From a bacterium (GTDB lineage Bacteria > UBA8248), in assembly GCA_965202625.1 (NCBI GenBank), contig CBDBBI010000010.1:2240001-2304000 (forward strand): DNA of 64,000 nt. Reading direction: 5' to 3'. How positions within the stretch are numbered: the stretch's first letter is position 1; every line of letters begins with the position of its first letter. The notes under the pieces are model-generated. The model made no database searches, was not told the DNA's origin, and was given only the letters and a program-made list of their open reading frames with translations. The translations under genes were made by a program, and so were the position numbers. Positions 32,550-42,280 of the stretch are shown one piece after another.

Positions 32550-32910
32550 AACGAGAGAGGAGGCTGTGATGGAGGAACTCCATCCCCAGAAAGAGAGACG
32601 TTGCCTTTATCAGTAAAAGGGTGGATGGGAGGCTTCCGCCCAGTAGGGCCAAGAGCGAAGAGCGCATCTGGAGACAGACGTCGGTGGGGTGCGCCATACC
32701 TACGCTGATTCCTCCAGCGGCGGCAGCCGAACTAGACGAGTAGAGCGTTTTGTGCGCTGGCGGTCAAAACCGACGGGGCTTCAAGGGACGGCCCTCAAGC
32801 GAAAAAAGTCTTGCGTCCCCGGACGTGCCCGCCACGAATTGACAGGGTTCGCGCGAGTTTCTAAATTTTCGTGATACGATCCCTTGTTTTGTCCTGCGAG
32901 GAGACGCGCG

Positions 32911-34698
32911 TTGCCCCGAATGAATGGCGGCCAAATCATCGTCGATTATCTGATCCAGGAACGCGTCCCCTATGTCTTTGGTCTGTGCGGACATGGGAAC
33001 ATCAGTTTTTTGGACGCGCTATATGAACGCGCCGATGAAATCAAGACGCTCTCCGTGCGCCATGAGTCGCTGTGCGGCTTCATGGCCGATGTATATTACC
33101 GGGTGGCGAATCGACCGGTGGCGACGTTCACCTCCTGCGGGCCGGGTTCCGCCAACATGCCGATCTCTCTGGCCAACGCTTTTTTTGATTCGGTTCCGTT
33201 TCTGGCCGTGACCGGAAACGTCCCCACGAGTCAGTTCAACCGCGGGGCGTTTCAGGAAACCTATCGCCACTATCAAGCGGATTTCCCCTCGACCGTGCAG
33301 GCGTATTGTAAGCGGGTGTATCAGCCGACGCGGGCGGAGATGGTGCCGCAGTTCACGCGCCAGGCGTGGAAGACGATGATGACTGGAAGAGCCGGCCCCG
33401 TTGTGCTCGACGTGCCCTTCGACGTTTTCAAGGAGGAAGCCGAAGTAGAGATGCCGCAGGCCGCCGCGTGGAACGGGAACGTCTCCTGCCGTTGCGGGGC
33501 GGATCCCGTAGGGGTGAAAAGAGCCGTCGAGATGCTTTTGTCCGCCGAGCGGCCGGTGATGTTGGTGGGCCAAGGCGTTAAATACAGCGGCGCGGCGGCG
33601 GAGATGGTCGCGCTCGCTGAAAGATTGAGGATTCCCGTCGCGTGCTCGGCAAGCGGGATGGGGGCCATCGACGCAGACCATCCCTTGTCCTTGGGCCTCA
33701 TCGCCAGAAACGGGACCTATCCGGCGAACCACGCCGCGCGGCAGGCCGACGTTTTACTGGCGCTCGGTGTGCGTTTCGACGACCGCACCTCAAGCAGTTG
33801 GCTGCCTGGATATTCGTTCAACATTCCGCCGACGAAGCTGATTCACGTGGATATCGACCCCGAGGAAATCGCGCGCAACTATCCCGTGGCCCTGGGTCTC
33901 ATGGCGGATGTGGGCGCTTTTCTGAACCAGGTGAAAGAAGCGCTGAACGCTTCAGGGGAAATAGAGATTCCAGGTGCCCGGGCGAGATGGCTTCGCGAGA
34001 TCGATGGCTGGCGAAACGAGTGGGAGGAGTTCACGGCTCTTGGCTATCGGGAGGACACTGAGCCCATCCACCCCCAGCAGGCGGCCCGTGAGATCGACAA
34101 GGCTTTGCCTGATGACGCCATCCTTGTCAGCGACGTTGGCGTTCACCACAACTGGCTGATTCAGTTTTGCCGTCCCAAGGGGCCGCAATCGTTGATCGGC
34201 TCCATGGGTTTTGGCGCTATGGGTTTCGGCGTGGCGGGTGTGCTGGGAGCGAAGCTGGCGGCGCCAGACAGATCTTGCGTCTCGGTATGCGGGGATGGCG
34301 CTTTTGCCATGCACCTGAGCGCCATCGCCACGGCGGTGGAATACGGCATTCCCGCCGTCTGGATCGTCTGGAACAATTACGCTTTCGCCTCCATCCGAGG
34401 GCTTCAGCGTGGCTATCTGGACGGTCGTGAGCTGGCCACCGATTTTCAGGAACACGATTCCGCCGCGCCCTACAATCCCGATTTCGTCGCTATGGCGGAG
34501 GCGGCGGGCGTTGCGGGAGTGCGGGTGAACAAGGCGGCCGATTTGAGCGAAGCCGTGGAGGAAGCGTTGAAAGCGGAGCGCCCCTACGTGATCGACGCGA
34601 ACGTTCAGGGAGAGGAAAACCCCGCCGGCGCCGGCGTCTGGGAATTGCCCGGCCTGGGGCGCGGAGAGCCCGGAATTGGCGCGCGGACGGTTTTATAG
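32911..34698 (+). CDS. ThDP-dependent enzyme (acetolactate synthase-like superfamily)
   Basis: FGLCGHGN, VRHE, GPG..N and the ThDP motif GDG...WNN. Confidence 0.92.
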   Translation: MPRMNGGQIIVDYLIQERVPYVFGLCGHGNISFLDALYERADEIKTLSVRHESLCGFMADVYYRVANRPVATFTSCGPGSANMPISLANAFFDSVPFLAVTGNVPTSQFNRGAFQETYRHYQADFPSTVQAYCKRVYQPTRAEMVPQFTRQAWKTMMTGRAGPVVLDVPFDVFKEEAEVEMPQAAAWNGNVSCRCGADPVGVKRAVEMLLSAERPVMLVGQGVKYSGAAAEMVALAERLRIPVACSASGMGAIDADHPLSLGLIARNGTYPANHAARQADVLLALGVRFDDRTSSSWLPGYSFNIPPTKLIHVDIDPEEIARNYPVALGLMADVGAFLNQVKEALNASGEIEIPGARARWLREIDGWRNEWEEFTALGYREDTEPIHPQQAAREIDKALPDDAILVSDVGVHHNWLIQFCRPKGPQSLIGSMGFGAMGFGVAGVLGAKLAAPDRSCVSVCGDGAFAMHLSAIATAVEYGIPAVWIVWNNYAFASIRGLQRGYLDGRELATDFQEHDSAAPYNPDFVAMAEAAGVAGVRVNKAADLSEAVEEALKAERPYVIDANVQGEENPAGAGVWELPGLGRGEPGIGARTVL

Positions 34699-34782
34699 GG
34701 TGAATGCGCGATGATCCGAGACGATGCGGCTTGGGCCTTCTTCAATGAGGGAGAGTTGAAAGCTCGCGGGAGGAAACGGGCG

Positions 34783-35406
34783 ATGAGCGATGAGGCGCGG
34801 TTGCGCGCGGCGGCGGACAAACTGGAGATGATGGAGACGTCCATGTTTTCCCACTTTTGTCGGGACGCGGGCGACTGGGAGAATCTGCTGGATTGCTTCC
34901 ATCCGGACGCGGATATCACCACCTCGTGGTTCTCGGGCAACGCGCACGAGTTCATTCGGGATTCGCGCCGGATGATGAGCGGCCATCACGCGGAGGATTC
35001 TCAAAAGCACGTCGCCGGCACCGCGTGGGCGCGGGTGGGCGGTGCGCGCGGGGTTTGCGAGTACTACCTCGTCCTGCATCAAAGAAGGGCGATCGATGGC
35101 TATGACTTTGACTTCTCGACCTGGAGCAGCGTGCTGGATTTGCATGAGCATAAGGATGGGCGGTGGCGCGTCATCAAGCGCACGATGATATACGAGAAGG
35201 ACCGGATGGACCCTTACAGGCCGGGCGAGGTTCCAGCGTCTTATTTTCAGGCGATGGACCTCACTCCTTATCCGAAAGCGCTTCGCTATCACTGCTGGCG
35301 CAACGCGAAGTTCAGCGGGCACTTTCCGACGGAGAATCTCGTGCTTGAGAACACCGAACGGGCGCGCCGAATCAGAGAAGAGGCGCGCCAGTGGGTGAAA
35401 GGATAG
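34783..35406 (+). CDS. SnoaL/NTF2-like family protein
   Basis: RD.GDW..L..CFHPDA, D......DG.WR...R..IYEKD; GGAGG RBS before 34783. Confidence 0.8.
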   Translation: MSDEARLRAAADKLEMMETSMFSHFCRDAGDWENLLDCFHPDADITTSWFSGNAHEFIRDSRRMMSGHHAEDSQKHVAGTAWARVGGARGVCEYYLVLHQRRAIDGYDFDFSTWSSVLDLHEHKDGRWRVIKRTMIYEKDRMDPYRPGEVPASYFQAMDLTPYPKALRYHCWRNAKFSGHFPTENLVLENTERARRIREEARQWVKG

Positions 35407-35553
35407 AGAAGACCGCGCCGTAGCGCGCGATTCACGTCCCGCCTCAAACCTTCGCAATCCCCATAGCGAAAAATTCCAAAAGAGACTTCTTTCTACACGC
35501 TTGAGAAATAATTTTTTAGTGAATAAAATTTTTGTAATTTCCATCAAAAAAAC

Positions 35554-35582
35554 TTGACAATATAATAAATTTTTAATATATT
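35554..35582 (+). promoter_or_regulatory. Near-consensus sigma70 promoter for the GHKL island
   Basis: TTGACA (35554-35559), 17-bp spacer, TATATT (35577-35582), with an AT-rich upstream region. Confidence 0.75.
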
Positions 35583-35629
35583 TTTTAGATAGAAATACGC
35601 TTATTATTCCTTGCGATAAAGGAGAAAAA

Positions 35630-35896
35630 ATGGATATTTCTTCTCAGAAAATTAAAGGAGTTGAATCAATAAAATTTCCATCAAAGAGAGAAAAATTTAG
35701 AACCCTGGCAGAAAAACGAACCATCAACGCGCTCAAAGCCATTCGGGTGATCAGCAAGTTGGGCAATCGCAATGCTTATGACTACGACGAAACGGATGTC
35801 AGGAAGATTGTCAAAGCACTCAAAGGTGAAATTGACGCATTAGAGGTTCGTATGAAGAACAACAAGGGTTCTGATGAGGTTAATTTCACTCTCTAA
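35630..35896 (+). CDS. Small basic helical hypothetical protein (88 aa)
   Basis: AAGGAG RBS; sequence KREKFRTLAEKRT..ALKAIR.I.KLGNR.AYDY...DV.KI..AL; first gene of the island operon. Confidence 0.85.
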   Translation: MDISSQKIKGVESIKFPSKREKFRTLAEKRTINALKAIRVISKLGNRNAYDYDETDVRKIVKALKGEIDALEVRMKNNKGSDEVNFTL

Positions 35897-35916
35897 ATTC
35901 GGAGGTTAGGGAAGAG

Positions 35917-38406
35917 ATGAAAGACAATTATATATTGTGTCTTGATCTGCTTTCTTGCAACAGCGAAGATAATTTTATTGCATTACTTAAAACGGAAGGA
36001 TATTGGGACATACCGGAACTGTGGCGTCATTACGGCGATGTTGAAAATAATTGGGGCCAAAGTGGTAGTCAGCAGAATTTGGCCGAGACTGCTCTGGCCG
36101 AGAAAATTGTTAACTCCGTCGATGCTCGACTTATCAATGAATGCTATGAGCACGGAATGGAGCCCACCGATCCTCAAGCTCCGCAGTCGGTCCAAGCAGC
36201 CATCGCACGTTTTTTTGAAGATGGTTCAGGCGATAGGACTGTAACTGGCGGCTTGATCGAAAATTGGGGACATCCTCGAATCCGGGAGATTGCGGAGGGG
36301 ATCACTTTATGTGTTACAGGCACCCGGCCTGAGTCCCTCAACATCACGATTGCAGATTGCGGCGAAGGGCAGACTCCCACTCGTCTCCCGGATACGATTT
36401 TATCCCTTAGTAAAAACAACAAACTGTATATCCCCTTTGTTCAAGGGCAGTTCAATCAAGGTGGGAGTGGAGCGCTTCGCTTTTGTGGAAAGCATAGCCT
36501 TCAACTTGTAGTGAGTAGGCGTAATCCTAAACTATTGAAGGAGAGCAGCACCGCGCGCGCGAGAGAGTGGGGTTTTACCATCGTGCGAAGAGAACGCCCT
36601 TCTGGAAATCGAAAAAACTCTAAATACACTTATCTAGCACCCGTAGGTGTTGACAAAGAGAATAACCCTCATCGTGGTGATGTCTTGTCGTTTTCGGCCA
36701 AGAGCTTTCCGATATTCCCGAACGACAATGGACCGTATGCGCGAGAAACAGGGTATGGAACTGCCATTAAAATGTTCAATTACCGTTTTGTAGGTGAGAA
36801 ATCGAACATATTGCGGGGTAAGAGCTTGCTTAGCCGTCTCGATCTCTTGCTGCCGAAAATTGCTTTACCTGTCCGATTATATGAGTACAGGACGAACAAG
36901 AAAGGCGAATTTCTCGATATTGGAAGCCGGCGAACGACCCTCTCTGGGTTGTTGCGTCGTCTGATCGACAACGAAAAAAATGTTGAGGATGGTTTTCCGA
37001 TTGCCGTCCCCCTCCATTTTGAAGGAGAGAAGTTGGTCGTGCACATTTTTGCCTTCAGGCCAGGTGGAGCGCGCAGCTATCGTAGGCGCGAGGGTGTTGT
37101 TTTCATGCGCAACGGTCAAACTCAGGGCAACCTACCAAAGGATTTTTTCCGGCGCGATGCCGTGAAGATGAAACCTCTCGCCGATGACCTTTTGGTTTTT
37201 GTCGATTGTGATGAGTTGAGCAACTTCGTCCGTGAATATCTGTTTATGACGAATCGTACCCAGCTTGTCGATAACAAATTCAAAAAAGATTTAGTCGATA
37301 ATCTGCAGAAGACCATCCACGATTGCACAGAGCTAAAAGAGCTTCGACATCAAAGGCAGAAAGAGCGGACGAGCGAACAATTGAAGAACGAGCAGCCATT
37401 TACTGATGTTTTGCAAGCCTTGATTAAGAACTCACCGAACCTTAGGACACTACTCGAGTTGGGAGAGCGGATATCCGCGCCTTTCGACACTCGGCCGACG
37501 AAATCCGACCCGGAAGGAGAATTTCAAGGCGAATTCTATCCTACTTATTTTAAGACAAAGCGCATTAATTACGGGACAATACATAAGCGTCCCTGCCCTA
37601 TCAACCAGGGAATGCGGTTTAATTTCGAGACGGATGCGCGCGATGATTACTTTACGCGCTTTGCAGAGTGTGGTTCATTCGAGCTAACATGGATTGGTAA
37701 AGACGGTAACGAACGGAAAACCAGTTGGCGGGGTCCGAAGTTGAAGAGTGGATCTTCAACTGTAACATTAGTTTTGCCTGACGATGTGGCCGTTGGTGAT
37801 GAGATCGAGTTTATCGCACGAGTGAGGGATTCTTTCCGAAAGTTTGAAAATCGCTTTATCGTCAATGTGAAGCCGAAGTCAAAGCCCAAAGATAATCCTA
37901 ATCCCCCCGCCCCTAAGCCTGCACCTCCTGGTTCAGAGGACGGAAAGCGGCGTGAAGGCCCCTTATCCCTTGCTCTACCCAGAATCAAACGTGTTTATCG
38001 AGAGCAGTGGGATGAGAACGATTTCGATGAACTTACCGCTATGAAGGTAGAGTGTGTCGACTATACGAAAGACGAAAAAACGGAAATCTATGAATTCAAG
38101 GTGAACATGGACAACATCCCTCTCGCAAACGAGGCTACTCGAAAGCACTTGGATGTTAACCAATATGAAGTGCTGCGCCAGCGGTTTCTTTATGCGAATG
38201 TCCTGATAGGTTTATCACTTTTGCATGATGAGAAGCAAAGTCGCCTCCAACCAGAAGACGAGGGGGATATGCGTCAGGAGCATATAGAGGCTCGCATTGA
38301 CAGGACATGCCGTGCGTTGGCGCCTTTCTTGCCTGCGATTTTTTCTCTTGGGACGGGTGAGCTGGGAGCCGACGATCGGATCGATGGTTTAGAGGAAGCT
38401 GTATAG
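35917..38406 (+). CDS. GHKL (MORC/MutL/HtpG-like) ATPase-domain protein, 829 aa
   Basis: Bergerat-fold motifs EKIVNSVDA, IADCGEG, QGQFNQGGSG and GTAI; Pro-rich linker; C-terminal helical domain; GGAGG RBS. Confidence 0.82.
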   Translation: MKDNYILCLDLLSCNSEDNFIALLKTEGYWDIPELWRHYGDVENNWGQSGSQQNLAETALAEKIVNSVDARLINECYEHGMEPTDPQAPQSVQAAIARFFEDGSGDRTVTGGLIENWGHPRIREIAEGITLCVTGTRPESLNITIADCGEGQTPTRLPDTILSLSKNNKLYIPFVQGQFNQGGSGALRFCGKHSLQLVVSRRNPKLLKESSTARAREWGFTIVRRERPSGNRKNSKYTYLAPVGVDKENNPHRGDVLSFSAKSFPIFPNDNGPYARETGYGTAIKMFNYRFVGEKSNILRGKSLLSRLDLLLPKIALPVRLYEYRTNKKGEFLDIGSRRTTLSGLLRRLIDNEKNVEDGFPIAVPLHFEGEKLVVHIFAFRPGGARSYRRREGVVFMRNGQTQGNLPKDFFRRDAVKMKPLADDLLVFVDCDELSNFVREYLFMTNRTQLVDNKFKKDLVDNLQKTIHDCTELKELRHQRQKERTSEQLKNEQPFTDVLQALIKNSPNLRTLLELGERISAPFDTRPTKSDPEGEFQGEFYPTYFKTKRINYGTIHKRPCPINQGMRFNFETDARDDYFTRFAECGSFELTWIGKDGNERKTSWRGPKLKSGSSTVTLVLPDDVAVGDEIEFIARVRDSFRKFENRFIVNVKPKSKPKDNPNPPAPKPAPPGSEDGKRREGPLSLALPRIKRVYREQWDENDFDELTAMKVECVDYTKDEKTEIYEFKVNMDNIPLANEATRKHLDVNQYEVLRQRFLYANVLIGLSLLHDEKQSRLQPEDEGDMRQEHIEARIDRTCRALAPFLPAIFSLGTGELGADDRIDGLEEAV

Positions 38407-38408
38407 CT

Positions 38409-39614
38409 TTATTGTGTCCGATGGACAAGAACGACCTCTCGTGAGCCGGGAGAGCGTGATTTTTGTTGAGCGTGCCATTTGCGATTAGGCACATCGCGCC
38501 AAAGACGGCCATCCCTCGCGTTGATGTTCCAAGGTAATTCCTCGCGCAATCCGCAGTCATCCATCACTTCAAGGTATTGCGAAAGTTGCCATCCCGCCTC
38601 TGAGAACCCGACCATCTGGACAATGGTCGTTTCTGGTCCGGCTATCCGCGCGATGGATCGAAAGGATTCTTTTAGGTTCTCAAAGTATGATCTTAGTTTC
38701 GAGTTCTTTCTGTTTCCCATTGTATAGTAGGCTGATCCGTTGCCATCGAGTGTGTTCGCGATCCAAAAAGGCGCGGACGACTCACGCCGTCCGTCCACTT
38801 GCCAACGGTGATAAAGAATATGAATACCGGGATAAGGAGGCGAAGTGACGATGAGCCTAGGTGGGGATATTTGTTTTACAATGTTTTCGGCTTCTGCTCC
38901 GGCGGCGCTCCTATTTAAGCACATTGCTCGCGACTCTAGTGTGTTGCTTGAGCCATTGATTTTCCTGCGAAACGTTAGAGCATCCTCTAACATCGCCCCA
39001 GCTCGTCGCTGAAGTTCTACACGAAAGCTTGCAATTGAGGGACGTATTTTTCGAGCATCAAGCGCCCATTGTGCTGTGCGTAGCACGACACAGCGAGCGA
39101 GGGTACGTGCGCCCTGACATCGAAGTCGTTTCACGGAAGCCAAGCATTGTTCAATCGCTTTGCGGAGTCTCCAAAACTCGTGACCCCCAAGGTTTTTGTA
39201 ATAACCCGCATCGGCGTAGGTAGTGAAGCGAAAACCTGCCGCGTGCATGTTCACAACACCTGGCATGCGCATCATCCATCGCTTAAACGCGCCGACATCC
39301 TGAGTGGTTAAGATGAGAGTCTTCGCTTCGCAAATAAACGTTGCTAGCGAGCTAACGTCAATGCCGAGCGCGTTGCGTCCTGAAGCCAAGGCTTCAACGA
39401 GCGTGGTGCCACCGCCGACGAAAGGGTCAACAACCCAATCCCCTGGTTTTGAAAATGCTTTAATCACCGCCTGCACAAATGTGGGTGAGAATCTAGCGGG
39501 ATAACGATAGAAGCCATGAGTGAGTCCCGACACACGTTTGGGGCATCGCGCCGCTAGAATAATTTTCTCGATGCTCGCTTGCACATGTTTTGATTCTAGA
39601 TTGAATGCGCTCAT
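38409..39614 (-). CDS. DNA amino-methyltransferase, probably N4-cytosine (FGG before SPPY)
   Basis: THGFYRYPARFSP, V.DPFVGGGTT.VEA...GR...GID and IVTSPPY. Confidence 0.88.
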   Translation of the reverse strand: MSAFNLESKHVQASIEKIILAARCPKRVSGLTHGFYRYPARFSPTFVQAVIKAFSKPGDWVVDPFVGGGTTLVEALASGRNALGIDVSSLATFICEAKTLILTTQDVGAFKRWMMRMPGVVNMHAAGFRFTTYADAGYYKNLGGHEFWRLRKAIEQCLASVKRLRCQGARTLARCVVLRTAQWALDARKIRPSIASFRVELQRRAGAMLEDALTFRRKINGSSNTLESRAMCLNRSAAGAEAENIVKQISPPRLIVTSPPYPGIHILYHRWQVDGRRESSAPFWIANTLDGNGSAYYTMGNRKNSKLRSYFENLKESFRSIARIAGPETTIVQMVGFSEAGWQLSQYLEVMDDCGLREELPWNINARDGRLWRDVPNRKWHAQQKSRSPGSREVVLVHRTQ

Positions 39615-39681
39615 TTTCCCGTTCGTTCTGTTCGCCGTCGCAAGCGGATTTAGGCGGAAGAAACTCGTTTTTTCTAAAGCC

Positions 39682-40839
39682 TCACAACAACCCTATGTAA
39701 ATTCGTCTCATGTCCTCGGCGTCGGCGGGTACGGGGTTCGTCGCCACGGTGTGGCTGGCGGCCGCCTCGCGCGCCATGCGCTCCAGGTATTCCTCCTTCG
39801 CGCCGAGGGTGGCGAGCGATTCAGGAATTCCGATATCATCCGCTAGGGAGCGAACGCGCGCGATGGCGAGTTCCGCGTCTTGCGTCCCATCTTTTTTCAC
39901 CGCGTTCGGGTCGGCCAGAAGCGGGGTGAGACGCGCGTATTTCTCGCGCATGGCGGACAAGTTGAACTGCATCACAGGGGCGAGGAGCACTCCGTTGGTG
40001 GTTCCGTGGTGGCCGCCGAAGAAGTGGAATACCGGATGCGTGAGTCCATGGACGATGCCCAGCCCGGTGTTGGTGAAGGCGGCACCCGCCAGACACGCCG
40101 ACAGCGCCAGAGGGTCGGCGGCGTCCGCGTCGGCGGGGTCGGCAACGAAGCGACGTGCGTTTTTGCCGATGAGGCCGATAGCCTGGAAGCAGAGCGCTTC
40201 CGTCCAGGGGTTGGCGCGCGGGGAGCCGAGGGATTCCACCGCGTGGGTGAGGGCGTCCATCAGCGCGCCGGCGGCGTAGAATTTTGGCAGCCCCGCGAGA
40301 AGGGACGAATCCACTACCGCCACGTCGGCGTAGAGCACGTCGCTGTGAACGCTCGCTTTGGTTCCCCGCTCGACGTCGGTGATGATGGCGCCGCGCGTCA
40401 CCTCGCTGCCCGTGCCCGCCGTAGTGGGTGCGGTGATGAAGGGCGGAATGCGTTTTATCACTTTGTCGGCCCCATAGTAGTCGCTCAGGCGTCCGCCGTT
40501 GGCGAGCAGTGCGCCCATCGCCTTGGCTGTGTCGATGACGCTTCCGCCGCCGGCGGCGATCATCCCCCGGCAGCCGTTCTCCTCGTAAAACGTCCGCGCG
40601 CGCGTGATGCTCCCATCCGACGGATTGGGCTCGACTTCTTCATACAGGCAGTATTCGACGCCTGCCTTTTCGAGTCCTCCCGTGATGGGGGAGAGCACAC
40701 CGGCTCGCGAAAGCCCAGGATCGGCGAGCAGCATGGGGCGTTTCATGCCCAGCTCCCTTGCTTCGGAGCCGATCTTCGCGGCCTCCCCTCGGCCGAAGCG
40801 CACGCGCGATACGGCACACGTGCGGAAAGGGTCGATCAT
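39682..40839 (-). CDS. Iron-containing alcohol dehydrogenase
   Basis: GGGSVID.AK, PTTAGTGSE, DALTHAVE and H.L.H....HHG. Confidence 0.95.
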   Translation of the reverse strand: MIDPFRTCAVSRVRFGRGEAAKIGSEARELGMKRPMLLADPGLSRAGVLSPITGGLEKAGVEYCLYEEVEPNPSDGSITRARTFYEENGCRGMIAAGGGSVIDTAKAMGALLANGGRLSDYYGADKVIKRIPPFITAPTTAGTGSEVTRGAIITDVERGTKASVHSDVLYADVAVVDSSLLAGLPKFYAAGALMDALTHAVESLGSPRANPWTEALCFQAIGLIGKNARRFVADPADADAADPLALSACLAGAAFTNTGLGIVHGLTHPVFHFFGGHHGTTNGVLLAPVMQFNLSAMREKYARLTPLLADPNAVKKDGTQDAELAIARVRSLADDIGIPESLATLGAKEEYLERMAREAAASHTVATNPVPADAEDMRRIYIGLL

Positions 40840-40957
40840 CGGGTTTTCTCCCTTCAGGGAATTTTGGCGGACTTAAGTACGAGAAGCGCATTCAGAATTC
40901 CACGCTCTTTCGCTTTCGGCAGCCTGTTTTGTTCTGTGCGGCGGAAACGTTTTGGCC

Positions 40958-41992
40958 TCAAGCGGACGCGGCGATTTTCGACTGGAGAAGCGCGTAGTTC
41001 GAGCGGCCCATCTCGATTTCGCCCGCATCGATCATTTTTGCGATCTCGTTCACGGCGTCGTTGCAGGGGGTGGGTATGCCGAGTTCTTTCGCCCTGCGCG
41101 ATACGAGACCGTTGATGTGCTCCATCTCGCTCTTGCGGCCCTTGATATGATCGTGAATCGGGGCGGTGCGGGAGCGAGTGCCCACGTGGCCCAACAGTGT
41201 CTTCATGGCCGTGATCAATACCTGATCGTCAGAGCCCGCGAAATCGTCCGCCGTCAAGCCGAACACGGGCTCCACCCCGTAGCCCAGGGCCGCGCCCACC
41301 TCCATCGCCTCCTTTCCGAGCTTCACGGAAACCTCGATGATTCCTGGCAAGTCCCTGGTCTCCGCGTTTTTGAGTCCCAGCAGGCCGAAAGGGCCCATCG
41401 TCATGCAGTTGGCGATTAGCTTCGTCCACTTCACGCCTTCGATGTTGGGAGTAATCTCGGTGACGCCGACGTTGGCCATGATGGAGCGCATTTCCTCTAC
41501 GCGCGGCGTGGCGGCCCCGTCCATCTCTCCCACGGCGAACCAGGTCCCGGCGCGGGTGGTGTTTCGCTGGACGAGCCCGGGAGTGAAAATTTCCGCCGAG
41601 AGCTCCACGCAGCATCCCACCACGCGCTCGCGCCCGATGATGGAGGAGATCGTCTCGTTGTTCATGCTGTTCTGCACTCCAAGGAACACGCCCTCGCTCT
41701 TGAGATAAGGCTTGATGAGCTCGCACGCCCACCAGGTGTCGAAGGATTTGACGATCAGCAAGACCACGTCAAACTCCATCCTAAGCGACGCGAGTTCGCA
41801 CAAATGGTGCGCACGCACGGACGTCTGCAAGTCCATATCGGACATCTGGACGCGAAGCCCCTTCTCTTTCATCGCTTCTACGTGCTGCGGCCATTGGTCG
41901 ATGATGGTGACGTCCAGTCCGGCGTCGGTCAGGTCGGCCGCCACGCTGCTGCCTATGGCCCCAGCACCCAGTACGGCAATTTTTTTGCTCAT
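40958..41992 (-). CDS. Ketopantoate reductase (PanE/ApbA) family protein
   Basis: GAGAIG, VKS.D, QN, KW.KL..N and GRKSE...ING. Confidence 0.9.
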   Translation of the reverse strand: MSKKIAVLGAGAIGSSVAADLTDAGLDVTIIDQWPQHVEAMKEKGLRVQMSDMDLQTSVRAHHLCELASLRMEFDVVLLIVKSFDTWWACELIKPYLKSEGVFLGVQNSMNNETISSIIGRERVVGCCVELSAEIFTPGLVQRNTTRAGTWFAVGEMDGAATPRVEEMRSIMANVGVTEITPNIEGVKWTKLIANCMTMGPFGLLGLKNAETRDLPGIIEVSVKLGKEAMEVGAALGYGVEPVFGLTADDFAGSDDQVLITAMKTLLGHVGTRSRTAPIHDHIKGRKSEMEHINGLVSRRAKELGIPTPCNDAVNEIAKMIDAGEIEMGRSNYALLQSKIAASA

Positions 41993-42280
41993 GTCCTCAC
42001 CTCGCCTTTCAGGGCTTTCGCCCGAGAGATGGATGCGTTCTTCAAGCGGTCCATCAAGTCAAAAATTCTCTCCGATCCGATACACGAATGACATGCAGTC
42101 CGTCTTTGAGGCGACGGCGTGCCTGGTTCTCAACGCTTGGATGAAAGACGCCATGGAATCTCTGACGTGTCCCTGAAAAGAGCGTCGCCGCAAGTGTTTT
42201 CGCGCATGGCGGCCCGTTCCCCGTCTTCGTCGTGCTCCGCGCCCTTTGTTGCCCGGCGCCTCCTTGCACTGGGGAGCGTC

